Below the pieces are notes generated by a model, which worked only from the letters and a program-made list of their open reading frames with translations, was not told the origin of the DNA and ran no database searches. The position numbers were made by a program, and so were the translations under genes. Of a stretch of DNA of 64,000 bases, positions 37,462-47,681 are shown one piece after another. The stretch is from Vampirovibrionales bacterium (GTDB lineage: Bacteria > Cyanobacteriota > Vampirovibrionia > Vampirovibrionales > JAJTHC01). The stretch lies in contig JBIIZQ010000008.1 in NCBI GenBank assembly GCA_044346175.1, positions 3,160-67,159 of the forward strand, in the 5' to 3' direction. The first letter of the stretch is position 1. Every line of letters begins with the position of its first letter.

Positions 37462-38791
37462 GGGGAGTAAGGTCCTTGTCCTTCAAAGCAGGCTGGATAC
37501 GAGTTGCAGAGTCGGGTTTCATACGGCCAGCGAGTTCTGACTCCAACCGTTGCCATGAAATCCCCTGAGCGACCGCCGTGGTGGCCAAGAAAAACAACAC
37601 ATCGCCAAGCTCCCAAATCAGCTCTTCTTGCGTGGTGGCTTGGGTGGTTTCAAAGGCTTCTTCCATCAACTTCCGTTGTAGGAGTTTAGGCTGGTCAAAC
37701 AATTTACGGGTGTACGACCCCTCAGGTGCATCGGTTAAACGAGCTTGCAACTTTTGGAAAAGATGCACCATTTGGAAGCGTCCCTCTAAATGGGAAAAGC
37801 ACGTGGGGGTTTCTCGATGGCATGCCATATCCTGCTGATGCACCTGAAACAGTAACGTGTCTCCGTCACAATCAACCCGCAATTGAGTAAGCGTTTGCGT
37901 ATGCCCTGAAGTGGCACCTTTGACCCAAAGATTTTTACGAGAACGACTGTAGTACGCACCCACGCCTTCTTTGAGGGCATGTCGTAAGGAGTCAGGCGAG
38001 CTAAAGGCAAGCATCAGAACTTCTCGGGTATTGCGGTCCTGTACAATGGTGGGGATGAGCTTATCAGGGTATTTGTCAAAAGCACAGGATTGTACCACCA
38101 CTTCCACAGGGTCAAGAAGCCCCGTGTAGAGTGCCATACCCACCTGAACATCTACCCCTAAAAGACATGCGGCGATAGCATCCTCCGTGTTTTTGACACC
38201 ACCTGCTACCGTAATAGGATGAGGGAGGGTTTCTTTTAAGTGCTTCACGGCATCAAGAGGTAAGCCCCCTAAACCGCCTTCATCCTCCACAAAGGTACAC
38301 AGAAAACCACTACAGTAAGGTGCAAGGCGTTCAGCACGTGCATGGAGTGTTTCTCCTGTCCCTGATTGCCAGCCATGGTCTACGACTTCTCCTGACCGTA
38401 GATGGTCCAACGCCACAGAAACACGTGCCTTAGGTAACTGTGCCAAAAACTCAGGGGTGGCAGCCGTACCAATAATCAGCTGTTGCGCCCCAGCCTTCAG
38501 TAAGCGGGTGGCTCTTTCAACGTCACGAATCCCACCACCCACACGAATATCCGCAAGTTGACACAGCGACTCAATCAAGGCGAGATTATCCTTGCCTGTC
38601 TTCATGGCAGCATCAAGGTCAATCACTGCCACTTCACCATAGCGTGCAAACTGCTTTACAAGGGTTATGGGGTCTTGCTCGGCGGTAAGCACATGGGTTT
38701 TACCTTGACGTAATTGGACTGCTTTGCCGTCCATCAGGTCGATACTACATACAATCCCCATCATGGTGGTGTGTTCCTTTATGCTGGACAA
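37451..38791 (-). CDS. Fusion of a HisA-like TIM barrel with HisI and HisE
   Basis: SIDLMDGKAVQL..G, VGGGIR, AGGV (HisA-like); YYSRSR..LW.KG.TSG, DCDGD, ACH....CF (HisI); GSYT..L, KLMEEA.E, E.GD..F (HisE). Alternative start at 38764. Confidence 0.88.
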   Translation of the reverse strand: MSSIKEHTTMMGIVCSIDLMDGKAVQLRQGKTHVLTAEQDPITLVKQFARYGEVAVIDLDAAMKTGKDNLALIESLCQLADIRVGGGIRDVERATRLLKAGAQQLIIGTAATPEFLAQLPKARVSVALDHLRSGEVVDHGWQSGTGETLHARAERLAPYCSGFLCTFVEDEGGLGGLPLDAVKHLKETLPHPITVAGGVKNTEDAIAACLLGVDVQVGMALYTGLLDPVEVVVQSCAFDKYPDKLIPTIVQDRNTREVLMLAFSSPDSLRHALKEGVGAYYSRSRKNLWVKGATSGHTQTLTQLRVDCDGDTLLFQVHQQDMACHRETPTCFSHLEGRFQMVHLFQKLQARLTDAPEGSYTRKLFDQPKLLQRKLMEEAFETTQATTQEELIWELGDVLFFLATTAVAQGISWQRLESELAGRMKPDSATRIQPALKDKDLTPHGV

Positions 38792-38794
38792 CGA

Positions 38795-41644
38795 CTACTT
38801 TAAACAAGCACACTGTGCGGTAAGGCTATCGCATTGCTCTTGGAGTATTGCCAACTGACCTCGTTTTTCCTCAAGCACTTGTGGCGTGGCTTTGGCAAGG
38901 AAGCCCGTATTACTCAAGAGTTTTTCAAGCTGTTCTTTTTGAGTGGTAGCGGTCGCAAGCTTTTTCTCAAGGCGTTGTCGCTCGGCATCGGTATCAATAA
39001 TCCCTGTCATGGGGATGTACACTTGCAGATAGGCGCCAATGGTGTTCATGCCCGTGGCTTTGTCAGTAGGCTGATAGTTCTCAGTCACAAGGCACGTTAC
39101 GCTCGAAAGCTTCACAAAGTGTTTGAAAAATGGCTCGCATTCCGTGAGCAACTTGGTAAGGAAAGCAGGTGCCTCGGGTGAAATGACAAGCGTTACGGCG
39201 GTTTCAGTGGCATGAGGGACTTGGTAACTTTGGCGAATGTTGCGGATACCCCGTACGCACTCGAACATCAAAGGAAGCAACGCCTCCAAAGATTCTTGAG
39301 ACCAAACGGGTTGACTTTGAGGGTAAAATGCCAAGGAAACACTCGGTACCTTCATACGGAAAGCTTCGGGTAACTGGTGCCATAAAAACTCACTTAAATG
39401 AGGCATTAAAGGATGGATTAAACGTAAGGAACCCTCAAGCACCGTAAGGAGTACCCGACGAGACTGCTGAGCTGCCTCGGGAGATTGTCCCTTGAGTAAC
39501 CACTTCAAAGCCTCCACATACCAATCGCACACGTCATTCCATAAGAAACTTTCAAGCACTTGAGCGACTTCTGCAAAGTGCCACGTTGCCAAAAGCTTAT
39601 TGGCTTGTGCTACCGTGCTTTCATACCGTGAGAGTATCCATTGGTCAATCGGGTGGAAGGTGTCAAGGGGTTCTGTAGGTGCCACAGGACGTAAGCCTTC
39701 AAGCATCTCATCAGGGCAATTCATCCGTGTAAAGCGGGTTAAATTGACCAGCTTATTCACAAAGAAACGCCCTTGCTCTAGTTTGTCCTTATTGAGTTTA
39801 ATGTCTTGCCCACCGTAAGTGACCATGCTCAGTAAACCAAAACGGAAACCGTCACACCCAAGGGTGTCAATGGTTTCAACAGGGTCAACCGTGTTACCCT
39901 TGGACTTACTCATTTTTTGTCCTTTTTCGTCTCGAATCAGTCCATGAATATAGACCGTTTCAAAGGGTGTTTTTGCATCGGTGAGACCCATCGACATCAT
40001 GACCATGCGGGCAACCCAAAAGAAAATGATGTCAAACCCTGTGACTAAGTTCGTGGTAGGGTAAAACTGTGCCAAGTCCTTGGTACTTTGCGGGGTTGGC
40101 GCATCCCAGCCCCAACCAAAGGTGGCAAAAGGCCACAAGCCAGAGGAAAACCAAGTATCCAATACATCAGGGTCAGGTGTCCAATCAGAGGTAGGCTCGG
40201 GGGCTGTTTCGCCCACGTAAACCTCTCCAGTGGTGTGATGATGCCAAGCAGGGACGGCGTGTCCCCACCATAACTGGCGTGAAATACACCAATCTTGAAT
40301 GTTGGTCATCCAGCGTAAATATTCTTTGCTCCAACGCTCAGGTACAAAGGTTAAAGCCCCTTCTTCGTAGTAGCTTAAGGCTTTATCGGCAAGAGGTTTG
40401 GTTCGTACAAACCATTGCTTTGAAAGGAGAGGCTCTACCACTTCACCCGTTCTTTGTGAACGACCCACACGGTGGGCGTGTTCTTTTTTAGCTTTCAAGT
40501 ACCCTTGGGTTTCCAAAGCGGCTTCGGTTTGCCGACGTGCTTCCCAACGGTCAAGCCCGTGGTAGGCTTCAGGGATACCTTCAAGCGGTAACAACTCGGC
40601 TTTGTCGTTGAAAATGCGTAAAGGCGTGAGTCCGTGACGTTCGCCTACTTCAAAGTCGTTGAGGTCATGGGCTGGGGTGATTTTTAAAGCCCCTGTGCCA
40701 AAGTCTTTTTCAACATAGGTATCGCCAATCACAGGAATCGTACGTCCCGTTAAAGGCAAACGGACATGCTTACCGATAAACTTGGCATAGCGTTCATCTT
40801 CAGGATGCACCGCCACCGCCACATCACCATAAAGGGTTTCGGGACGTGTGGTTGCCACAATAATGGCTTCTTGAGAGGGGATACTGCCTTCTTGCACAAG
40901 AGGGTATGCAATATGCCATAAGTAGCCTTGTTCATCGGCATATTCGGTTTCAATGTCGGAGATGGCCGACTGGGAAGCAGGGTCCCAGTTGACAATCTTC
41001 TCACCACGGTAAATGAGTCCTTGCTCGTATAAGCGGATAAACGCCTTACGTACCGCTTGTTGAAGTTCAGGCTGTAGCGTGAAGCGCGTCCGTGTCCAAT
41101 CGACGGAAACGCCTAGACGTTTCAGCTGCCCTAAAATATCCCCTTGTCGTGCATGCACCCAATCCCACACAAGCTTTAAGAAGGTTTCTCGACCTAACGC
41201 ATAACGTGTGGTTTGAGCGGGATACCCCTCAATAAGTCCTTCCCGTAAACGACGCTCTACAATACTCTGTGTGGCAATCCCCGCATGGTCGGTACCTGGA
41301 AGCCATACCGTAGGCACCCCTAACATACGGTGGTAGCGTGTCATCACGTCCTGAATGGTATTATCAAGGGCGTGTCCCATGTGTAGGGTTCCCGTCACAT
41401 TGGGGGGGGGAATCACCATAGAGAACGCCTCGGGGAGTGGCTCCCCTGTGGGGCGTTGCGTAGGACGATGCGGCAACTCGGCTTGATAGGCTGTTTGTAC
41501 TTCTGGCGTAAAAAGATGATGTTGCTCCCACCACGCATAAATCTGGCTTACGGCGGTTTCATCAAACACATCTTGCCAACAGGGTGCTGAGATAGATTCA
41601 GGAATTTCAGAAAGGGGAGTCACTGAGAAAGACATAGCACCCAT
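38795..41644 (-). CDS. valS: Valine-tRNA ligase
   Basis: PPPNVTG.LHMGH, DHAGIATQ, DWCISRQLWWGH, KMSKS, C-terminal coiled-coil arm. Confidence 0.98.
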   Translation of the reverse strand: MGAMSFSVTPLSEIPESISAPCWQDVFDETAVSQIYAWWEQHHLFTPEVQTAYQAELPHRPTQRPTGEPLPEAFSMVIPPPNVTGTLHMGHALDNTIQDVMTRYHRMLGVPTVWLPGTDHAGIATQSIVERRLREGLIEGYPAQTTRYALGRETFLKLVWDWVHARQGDILGQLKRLGVSVDWTRTRFTLQPELQQAVRKAFIRLYEQGLIYRGEKIVNWDPASQSAISDIETEYADEQGYLWHIAYPLVQEGSIPSQEAIIVATTRPETLYGDVAVAVHPEDERYAKFIGKHVRLPLTGRTIPVIGDTYVEKDFGTGALKITPAHDLNDFEVGERHGLTPLRIFNDKAELLPLEGIPEAYHGLDRWEARRQTEAALETQGYLKAKKEHAHRVGRSQRTGEVVEPLLSKQWFVRTKPLADKALSYYEEGALTFVPERWSKEYLRWMTNIQDWCISRQLWWGHAVPAWHHHTTGEVYVGETAPEPTSDWTPDPDVLDTWFSSGLWPFATFGWGWDAPTPQSTKDLAQFYPTTNLVTGFDIIFFWVARMVMMSMGLTDAKTPFETVYIHGLIRDEKGQKMSKSKGNTVDPVETIDTLGCDGFRFGLLSMVTYGGQDIKLNKDKLEQGRFFVNKLVNLTRFTRMNCPDEMLEGLRPVAPTEPLDTFHPIDQWILSRYESTVAQANKLLATWHFAEVAQVLESFLWNDVCDWYVEALKWLLKGQSPEAAQQSRRVLLTVLEGSLRLIHPLMPHLSEFLWHQLPEAFRMKVPSVSLAFYPQSQPVWSQESLEALLPLMFECVRGIRNIRQSYQVPHATETAVTLVISPEAPAFLTKLLTECEPFFKHFVKLSSVTCLVTENYQPTDKATGMNTIGAYLQVYIPMTGIIDTDAERQRLEKKLATATTQKEQLEKLLSNTGFLAKATPQVLEEKRGQLAILQEQCDSLTAQCACLK

Positions 41645-41769
41645 GGGAAGCGTAACCTCTTGTTAGAAAAAACGTGACACAATAAGTCAAACAACGGTGG
41701 CGTTGACCCTAAACCCATAACCCTTACACGCAAGCATGAAAGCTTCGGTAAGACGTATGCGACGATGCC

Positions 41770-43128
41770 CTAACGACAGTCTATCGTTTCAGAACGTTCA
41801 GGACCAATACTTACCAGAACAATGGGGGTTTTAAGGAGCGTTTGTAAACGTTCAATGTAGCGTTGAGCCTCAATAGGCAAGGCTTCGATGGTGGTTTCTT
41901 TTCCTGTAATGGGGGTTTGCCAACCCGCCATGGTTTCATACACAGGCTTTAAACGTGCGAGCTGTTTTAAAGAGCTAGGAAAATGATGGAAGCGTTCCCC
42001 TGTTTCAATATCTTCATAGGCTACGGCAATATGCAGGGTTTTAATACCCGTTAACACATCAAGTTTGGTGAGACACACACCCGTTAAGCCATTGACCTGT
42101 ACGCTAAAGCGTCCCATCACGGCATCAAACCATCCGCAACGACGTTGGCGCCCAGTGGTGGTTCCAAATTCATGCCCTACACTGACCATGTGTTGTCCAT
42201 CCGCATCAAACAGTTCTGTGGGGAAGGGACCTTCTCCTACTCGGGTGGTGTAGGCTTTCATGACCCCGTAGACGTGTTGAATTTTACTTGGTCCAATGCC
42301 TGAGCCTGTACACAGTCCACCTGAGGTGGCGTTTGAACTTGTGACAAAGGGATAAGTGCCATAGTCAATATCTAACAGTGTGCCTTGGGCTCCTTCAAAG
42401 ACGACATGTTTCCCTGCGTCCACGGCTTCATTAAGTAAACTCACGGTTTCGCACACATAAGGTGCAAACCAGTCACGCCATGTTTGACACTGTGCAAACA
42501 AACTTTCAACGGTGTAGGTTACGCCTTGGGTCGCTTCTAAATGGGCTAAGAGGGTTTGTTTAGAGGCTAAAATATCCGCTAGACGCTCTTTGAGGTCTTC
42601 ATCCTGTTCAAATAAATCTACCATCCGCAAGCCATAACGTCCGACCTTATCCATGTAGGTAGGACCAATCCCACGCCCTGTGGTGCCGATTTTCTTTTCA
42701 CCACTGGCGGCTTCTGCTTGGTGGTCAGCCGCTACGTGGAAGGGCAAGGTCAAGTGCGCTCGGTCGCTGATGCGTAAGTTATCCAAACGAATGTTTTGTT
42801 GCGTTAGGTTGTCAAGTTCTTTTTTAAGCATCTCAGGATGAATTACAACCCCTGAGCCTATCACACAGAGTGTTTCAGGGTATAAAATCCCTGAGGGTAC
42901 CAAATGAAACTTATACACCACGCCATGATGTTTCACGGTGTGTCCAGCGTTACACCCACCTTGGCAACGTACGACGACTTCTGCCGTTTCGGCGAACATG
43001 TCTGTCACTTTTGCCTTGCCCTCATCACCCCACTGGGCACCGACCACCATAGTGGTATGATACGGATGCACAGAAGGCGCCATCATGTGGGGTAAAGCAA
43101 CAGGAGAGGAGGCTATACTGGAAGTCAT
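41770..43128 (-). CDS. purA: Adenylosuccinate synthetase
   Basis: GAQWGDEGK, GG.NAGHT, IGTTGRGIGP, EGAQG..LDID.GTYPFVTSS, GTTTGR.RRCGW. Confidence 0.98.
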   Translation of the reverse strand: MTSSIASSPVALPHMMAPSVHPYHTTMVVGAQWGDEGKAKVTDMFAETAEVVVRCQGGCNAGHTVKHHGVVYKFHLVPSGILYPETLCVIGSGVVIHPEMLKKELDNLTQQNIRLDNLRISDRAHLTLPFHVAADHQAEAASGEKKIGTTGRGIGPTYMDKVGRYGLRMVDLFEQDEDLKERLADILASKQTLLAHLEATQGVTYTVESLFAQCQTWRDWFAPYVCETVSLLNEAVDAGKHVVFEGAQGTLLDIDYGTYPFVTSSNATSGGLCTGSGIGPSKIQHVYGVMKAYTTRVGEGPFPTELFDADGQHMVSVGHEFGTTTGRQRRCGWFDAVMGRFSVQVNGLTGVCLTKLDVLTGIKTLHIAVAYEDIETGERFHHFPSSLKQLARLKPVYETMAGWQTPITGKETTIEALPIEAQRYIERLQTLLKTPIVLVSIGPERSETIDCR

Positions 43129-43377
43129 AACAGAGCGGGTTCACTTTATAGTTTAGGCAAGGTGAGAGAACAACGGACGTATTTAAAAAACAAGGGTATT
43201 GATGCACCTACTGGCATAGGCATGAAAGCCCAGACACAAGTATAAGCCATCTAAAAGGCTTTATAGAACGATGCCTTGTTGGAGGTTTGTACAAAACAAC
43301 CTCAAACCTTACAAGTATACCACCAACACAAAATAGCATCACATCTCATCTTGAAAAAGAGGGGGTTTTCTCATGGT

Positions 43378-44358
43378 TTAATGTGGCTTAGTACTGTTTT
43401 TTGGGAAGGGTGCAAACAAAGAAAACTCATAACAGAGAGGGTCTTCAGGACACCCTAGACGGAGGGTTTGTGTGAGTTCACATACACTTTGCCAGTCGTT
43501 ACTTTTTCTTGAAAGTAGCCCATGAAAGCGTGCTTGTTTGGCGACGTGGGTATCGAGCGGCATGCGGAGGTGCTTGGCTTCCAAGCCAGTATGCTCAGGA
43601 AGCCAGAGTCCTAAATCAACGACCCCTGTGCGTACCATCCAGCGTAAAAATAAGCAAAGCCGTTTTCGGGTACTGTGTGCTGATGGTGGATGGAGTAAAT
43701 AGCGTTGTCCGTAAGTGCTTGGGGGATGATGTGCCACAATCAAGCGTACCCAAGTGTCGAGTATTTGCGTGAAAAAAGCGTCTTCCTCAAAAGCCGTGGA
43801 AGCTTCCGTAAGTGTTATACCATGCTCAATCATAGCCTTTTGCCATAGCGCCACGAGTGTACTGGTTTTTTGGGAGGGGTGTGGGTCGGGTAACTTTGCC
43901 ATGAGTTCAAGCCACCAGAGGGTGTCTTCCGTGGTTTGAAATCGGTAGCCAAGACCTGAGGTATGATGTTGATGGTGGGTGATGAGCCTGCTAAAAAAGG
44001 TTTGGGGAGACGCTTGTAAATAGGGGTGTGGGCTATGCTGTGACGGCTTTTCCAGATAAAGCTTGTCAGGAAAAAGCACATGCCATAGGTGCTTAATCAA
44101 TAATTGACGGTTTCCATACGCCATCATGGCAGCACTTAGGGCGACTCTTTCCGTCAGGCATTGACTATGCCGATGCGTAGGGTGTTGACTTACAGGCACT
44201 TGATGATAAATGGCGTAGGGGAGTGCAATGGGGTCGGAGGGGATAAACGCTGGCACTTCATAGGTTTGTGCTTGAACTCGAAGGGCTTCAAGGACGTGTT
44301 GTAACGACCTGAGGCTTGTATCTGTTGGCTGAGAAAGAGAGGAAAGAGAGGTAGACAT
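43378..44358 (-). CDS. TIGR02757/DUF2400 family protein
   Basis: FIPSDPI, AYGNR, YRFQ, S..KRL.LFLRWMVR...VDLGLW, PLDTHV, DP..Y.F.LF. Confidence 0.9.
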   Translation of the reverse strand: MSTSLSSLSQPTDTSLRSLQHVLEALRVQAQTYEVPAFIPSDPIALPYAIYHQVPVSQHPTHRHSQCLTERVALSAAMMAYGNRQLLIKHLWHVLFPDKLYLEKPSQHSPHPYLQASPQTFFSRLITHHQHHTSGLGYRFQTTEDTLWWLELMAKLPDPHPSQKTSTLVALWQKAMIEHGITLTEASTAFEEDAFFTQILDTWVRLIVAHHPPSTYGQRYLLHPPSAHSTRKRLCLFLRWMVRTGVVDLGLWLPEHTGLEAKHLRMPLDTHVAKQARFHGLLSRKSNDWQSVCELTQTLRLGCPEDPLCYEFSLFAPFPKNSTKPH

Positions 44359-44635
44359 CTTGGGTGCTGTATGAATGATTGATATAAAAATCGAAAAAAT
44401 AGCCTTTTTTAAAAGAACCTCACACATCGCTTATCGATGATTTACAAATCATACCTGAGACATGAACCCAAGGGGTTGTTTCTATGCCGTTGCGTCCTGA
44501 TGTTTTAACAACCCACTTGAAGAATTCTCATGCAACAAAATAAGATGTGAGGAAGCATGCTTATGTTCCAGTTATAATAAAAGTTAGGATTCCTTATGCT
44601 TTTTAGTGTTCCCCTTTTATCTGGAATAGCACGCC

Positions 44636-45253
44636 ATGAATACCTTCACCCCCGACCTTTCCACTCTCTACACGCAAGTACCCCCCCAAGTATCTCCCTA
44701 TGTAGCGTTACCCCTCCGTGAGCGTGAGGCGTTGGCCGCTACCCTACGTGCTTGTATTCTTGACGTGCCAGACTTCCCTAAAGAAGGCATTATCTTTAAA
44801 GACCTCATGCCTTTGCTTGCCAATGTTGAGGTGTTTGCGAGTATCATTGCAACATGGCGAGAGGCTTTACAACCTTTAGGCGTGACCCATATTGTAGGGA
44901 TGGAGTCGAGAGGGTTTTTATTTGGTGTACCCCTTGCCCATGCCCTCGGAGTAGGCTTTGTACCCGTGCGTAAGCCTGGTAAACTCCCTCGTGCCACCTA
45001 TCAGCACGCCTATGATTTAGAGTACGGACAAGACACCCTTGAAATCCAACAAGATGCCCTCAACGCACAAAGTCGTGTGGTGGTGGTGGATGATTTACTT
45101 GCCACAGGCGGCACGGCGGGTGCAACCCATGCCTTAATTCAACGTACAGGGGCTACCTCTTTGGGGTCGTTGTTTGTGGTGGCATTGTCCTTTTTAGAGG
45201 GTGAAGCCAAACTCAAGCACACGGGTTTTGTGGATGCCCTTGTGGTGTACTAG
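44636..45253 (+). CDS. apt: Adenine phosphoribosyltransferase
   Basis: VPDFPKEGIIFKD, ESRGF, RKPGKLP, Y.LEYG, VVDDLLATGGT. Confidence 0.97.
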   Translation: MNTFTPDLSTLYTQVPPQVSPYVALPLREREALAATLRACILDVPDFPKEGIIFKDLMPLLANVEVFASIIATWREALQPLGVTHIVGMESRGFLFGVPLAHALGVGFVPVRKPGKLPRATYQHAYDLEYGQDTLEIQQDALNAQSRVVVVDDLLATGGTAGATHALIQRTGATSLGSLFVVALSFLEGEAKLKHTGFVDALVVY

Positions 45254-45304
45254 GGGCTGTTTGCAAAAAGTAGAGACCTCCCTGTTGTTGGAGGTGTTGT
45301 TTTT

Positions 45305-45330
45305 CGGGAGGGTTTGTAACCCTCCCCTGT
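45305..45330. repeat. Single REP-like palindrome (GGGAGGGTT-N3-AACCCTCCC)
   Basis: Same stem as the REP doublet at 63527-63626; between convergent genes. Confidence 0.75.
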
Positions 45331-45362
45331 ATTACGTTTCGGGATGAGGTGTGTGGGTGAAC

Positions 45363-45590
45363 CTATCGTTTACTTCTTTGGTAAGCCCCTTCAATGAGCC
45401 AAGTCGTGGTGGTGGGGGCTGTGGCTTCAGGGGTGGTCTCGATAGCCACAATGGCATACCGTATGAGCTTTTCTGCTTGAAGTACGTTCATTAAGTGTGC
45501 TTCAAGGGCATCGCTGAACCCTTTTTCTCCGAGCGGATAAGGGAGGGTTTCAGGTGACAAACGATGTTGGAAAGTGATAATCTGCATCAT
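45363..45590 (-). CDS. Small hypothetical protein (75 aa) resembling a conserved cyanobacterial small protein
   Basis: ATGATG start 16 bp after trpC; ..E..L......LIRYAIVAIE.......IEG pattern recalled from cyanobacterial hypotheticals. Confidence 0.55.
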   Translation of the reverse strand: MMQIITFQHRLSPETLPYPLGEKGFSDALEAHLMNVLQAEKLIRYAIVAIETTPEATAPTTTTWLIEGAYQRSKR

Positions 45591-45606
45591 TATACCTTTG
45601 AAATCC

Positions 45607-46431
45607 TTAAACCGTATGCAGGGTTTGGAAAGCATCACTGGCCCATGCTTTCCAAGAGGCAAGCCGTTCTCGTGCTTCTTCAGGCGGTGTTTGCATGAGG
45701 CTTGACCCCACCAAGAAACGTTGTGCATAAGGGTAAATGCTCTGAATATCTGCCAATGTTTTAATGCCACTGGCGGCAATGATGGCTATGTGTGAGGGTA
45801 TTAGTGCATGGAGCCTTTGGGTGGTGGTGAGGTCAATGGTGAAGTCATCAAAGTTACGATGGTTTACCAGAAGCACTTCAGGGTCAAGATGCTTTAGCAC
45901 ACGGGCTACTTCCTCTTCATTCTGAACCTCAATGACAGGGGTCATCCCGAGAGACACCCCGAGGGTATAGAGGTCTACAAGTGCTTGGGTATCAGGGAGT
46001 GCTTTGGCGACGAGTAAAAACGCATCAGCCCACGCCCAACGTGCTTGGTACACTTGGTATTCTGAAATAACAAAGTCTTTATATAGGGTAGGATGGGGTG
46101 TAAGCTGTGTAATGTGCTTCAAAAGGGCAGGCCCCCCGCCAAAGTGCTTTTTATCGGCTAATACTGAAATACAGGAAGCCGCCGCATGGTAGGTTTCTAG
46201 TAAGGTGAGGATGTCTAATTGTGGGACGAGCTTACCTGCCGTAGGAGAAGCGGGCTTAATTTCACAAATGAGGTGAAGCGGGTCGTTCTGCAAAAGCCGA
46301 TTTAAAAAAACAGGGGCATGGAGCTTTACAACCTCATCTCGTAATTGTGCTAGAGGACGAATGCGTGCTTGAGTGTCGGTTTCTTCTTGTTTATCTGCAA
46401 GGAGATTGGCAAGGGATAGGGTAGCAAACAT
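45607..46431 (-). CDS. trpC: Indole-3-glycerol phosphate synthase
   Basis: ICEIKPASP, ISVL.D..HFGG, LYKDF....YQV, IEV, VNHRN, SGI, FLVGSSLM. Confidence 0.93.
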   Translation of the reverse strand: MFATLSLANLLADKQEETDTQARIRPLAQLRDEVVKLHAPVFLNRLLQNDPLHLICEIKPASPTAGKLVPQLDILTLLETYHAAASCISVLADKKHFGGGPALLKHITQLTPHPTLYKDFVISEYQVYQARWAWADAFLLVAKALPDTQALVDLYTLGVSLGMTPVIEVQNEEEVARVLKHLDPEVLLVNHRNFDDFTIDLTTTQRLHALIPSHIAIIAASGIKTLADIQSIYPYAQRFLVGSSLMQTPPEEARERLASWKAWASDAFQTLHTV

Positions 46432-46482
46432 AGAAACCTCTCTTTTTTACGGCACAGTGTGAGGACAAGACCACAGAAAAGC

Positions 46483-47664
46483 CTAATCAGTCAAAGCCAA
46501 AAACTGGGGTTTCAAAACATCCTCATACCAAGCGTAGGCGTTGCCTGACATGACCTGATGACGACACTGTTCTTGAGCCTCTTCTAAAGTATTAGCCTTT
46601 CCACTATGCCACAAACAACCTGTAACGTTCAACCATACAGTGTTTTGCCACCCTGTATAGGTGGTATTTGACGTACCTTGTAAGCAGGCGTAAAAAGCTT
46701 TCAGTTTTGCATCAAGGGTTAATAGAGGAGGCAGTAAAGCTGGTGAGCCTTGATGTTGTAAGGACTGTGTGTACGCTTTCCAAGTATCTTGACCTGTAGT
46801 CTGACCCAAAGGCGTTTCACCAAAGGCAAGCGTGTGGCACTCCCCTTCAGGAGAAGCCTCATCCAAGTAAGCTGGGAACGCTACGGCGGAAGCTGGGTTT
46901 AAAGTTGTGGTGTGCCAAGCCCAACGCTGGCAGATAGGATGATGGGAAGTGGGGTGAGAGGTAAGCATTTCCGCAAGCCCTTTCAGCATAGAAGCCATGG
47001 CGGGTTGTGCCACGCCATGCCAGTGATATTGAGGGTTCATGGGGTTTAGCATAGGCCCTAAGGCATTGAATACGGTGGGTTTGCCAAAAGCTTTACGCCA
47101 GCCTTGTAAAAGGGCAAGTTGTGGGTATACCATGGGGGCAAACAGGAACCACAGGTTGCTACTTTGAAAAAGGCGATGTTGTGCTTCGAGTGAAACGTGT
47201 GGAGGAAGGGCAAGCCCAAGGGTTTCCAGAAAGTCAAAGCTACCCATGCTTGAAGCCTTGGCACTGAGTGCTTTATTCCCAAACTTTACGACAGGCACGC
47301 CCATACTGGCAAGGAGAATCGCTACTGTGGTGGAGACATTCAACCGACCTTCAAAGCCCGTGCCTCCTGTGCCGCAACAGTCTAACACGGGGGCTATGAG
47401 GGCATCCTCTTCACAGATAGACCCCCACGAGGCCTCCCAGTGTGTTGTGCGTGTATGGGCTAAGCGGCGCCATAAGGCATGGAGTAAGGCAACCGACCCC
47501 CCATAGGGTAGACGGAGGGCTTCTAAACAGGCAAACCCCTCAGCTTGATGGGACGCATCCGTCACAACCAACTCCCCTGAAAGCATACGACACAGCGTTG
47601 TGTAACAGGCGTATGCGGTTTCAGGTAGTAGCGGATGGGTTGATGTATCCTTAAAACGTGACAT
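46483..47664 (-). CDS. trpD: Anthranilate phosphoribosyltransferase (divergent)
   Basis: DCCGTGG, NVST, KFGN, GS.D.LE.LG, FLFAP, R...G.PTVFN.LGP..NP, DE; upstream of trpC. Confidence 0.85.
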   Translation of the reverse strand: MSRFKDTSTHPLLPETAYACYTTLCRMLSGELVVTDASHQAEGFACLEALRLPYGGSVALLHALWRRLAHTRTTHWEASWGSICEEDALIAPVLDCCGTGGTGFEGRLNVSTTVAILLASMGVPVVKFGNKALSAKASSMGSFDFLETLGLALPPHVSLEAQHRLFQSSNLWFLFAPMVYPQLALLQGWRKAFGKPTVFNALGPMLNPMNPQYHWHGVAQPAMASMLKGLAEMLTSHPTSHHPICQRWAWHTTTLNPASAVAFPAYLDEASPEGECHTLAFGETPLGQTTGQDTWKAYTQSLQHQGSPALLPPLLTLDAKLKAFYACLQGTSNTTYTGWQNTVWLNVTGCLWHSGKANTLEEAQEQCRHQVMSGNAYAWYEDVLKPQFLALTD

Positions 47665-47681
47665 CGCAGTGTGGTGATTGA

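Noticed and set aside
41402-41411. G-run in valS as a phase-variation tract
   Set aside because: It encodes the conserved PPPN motif of an essential gene.
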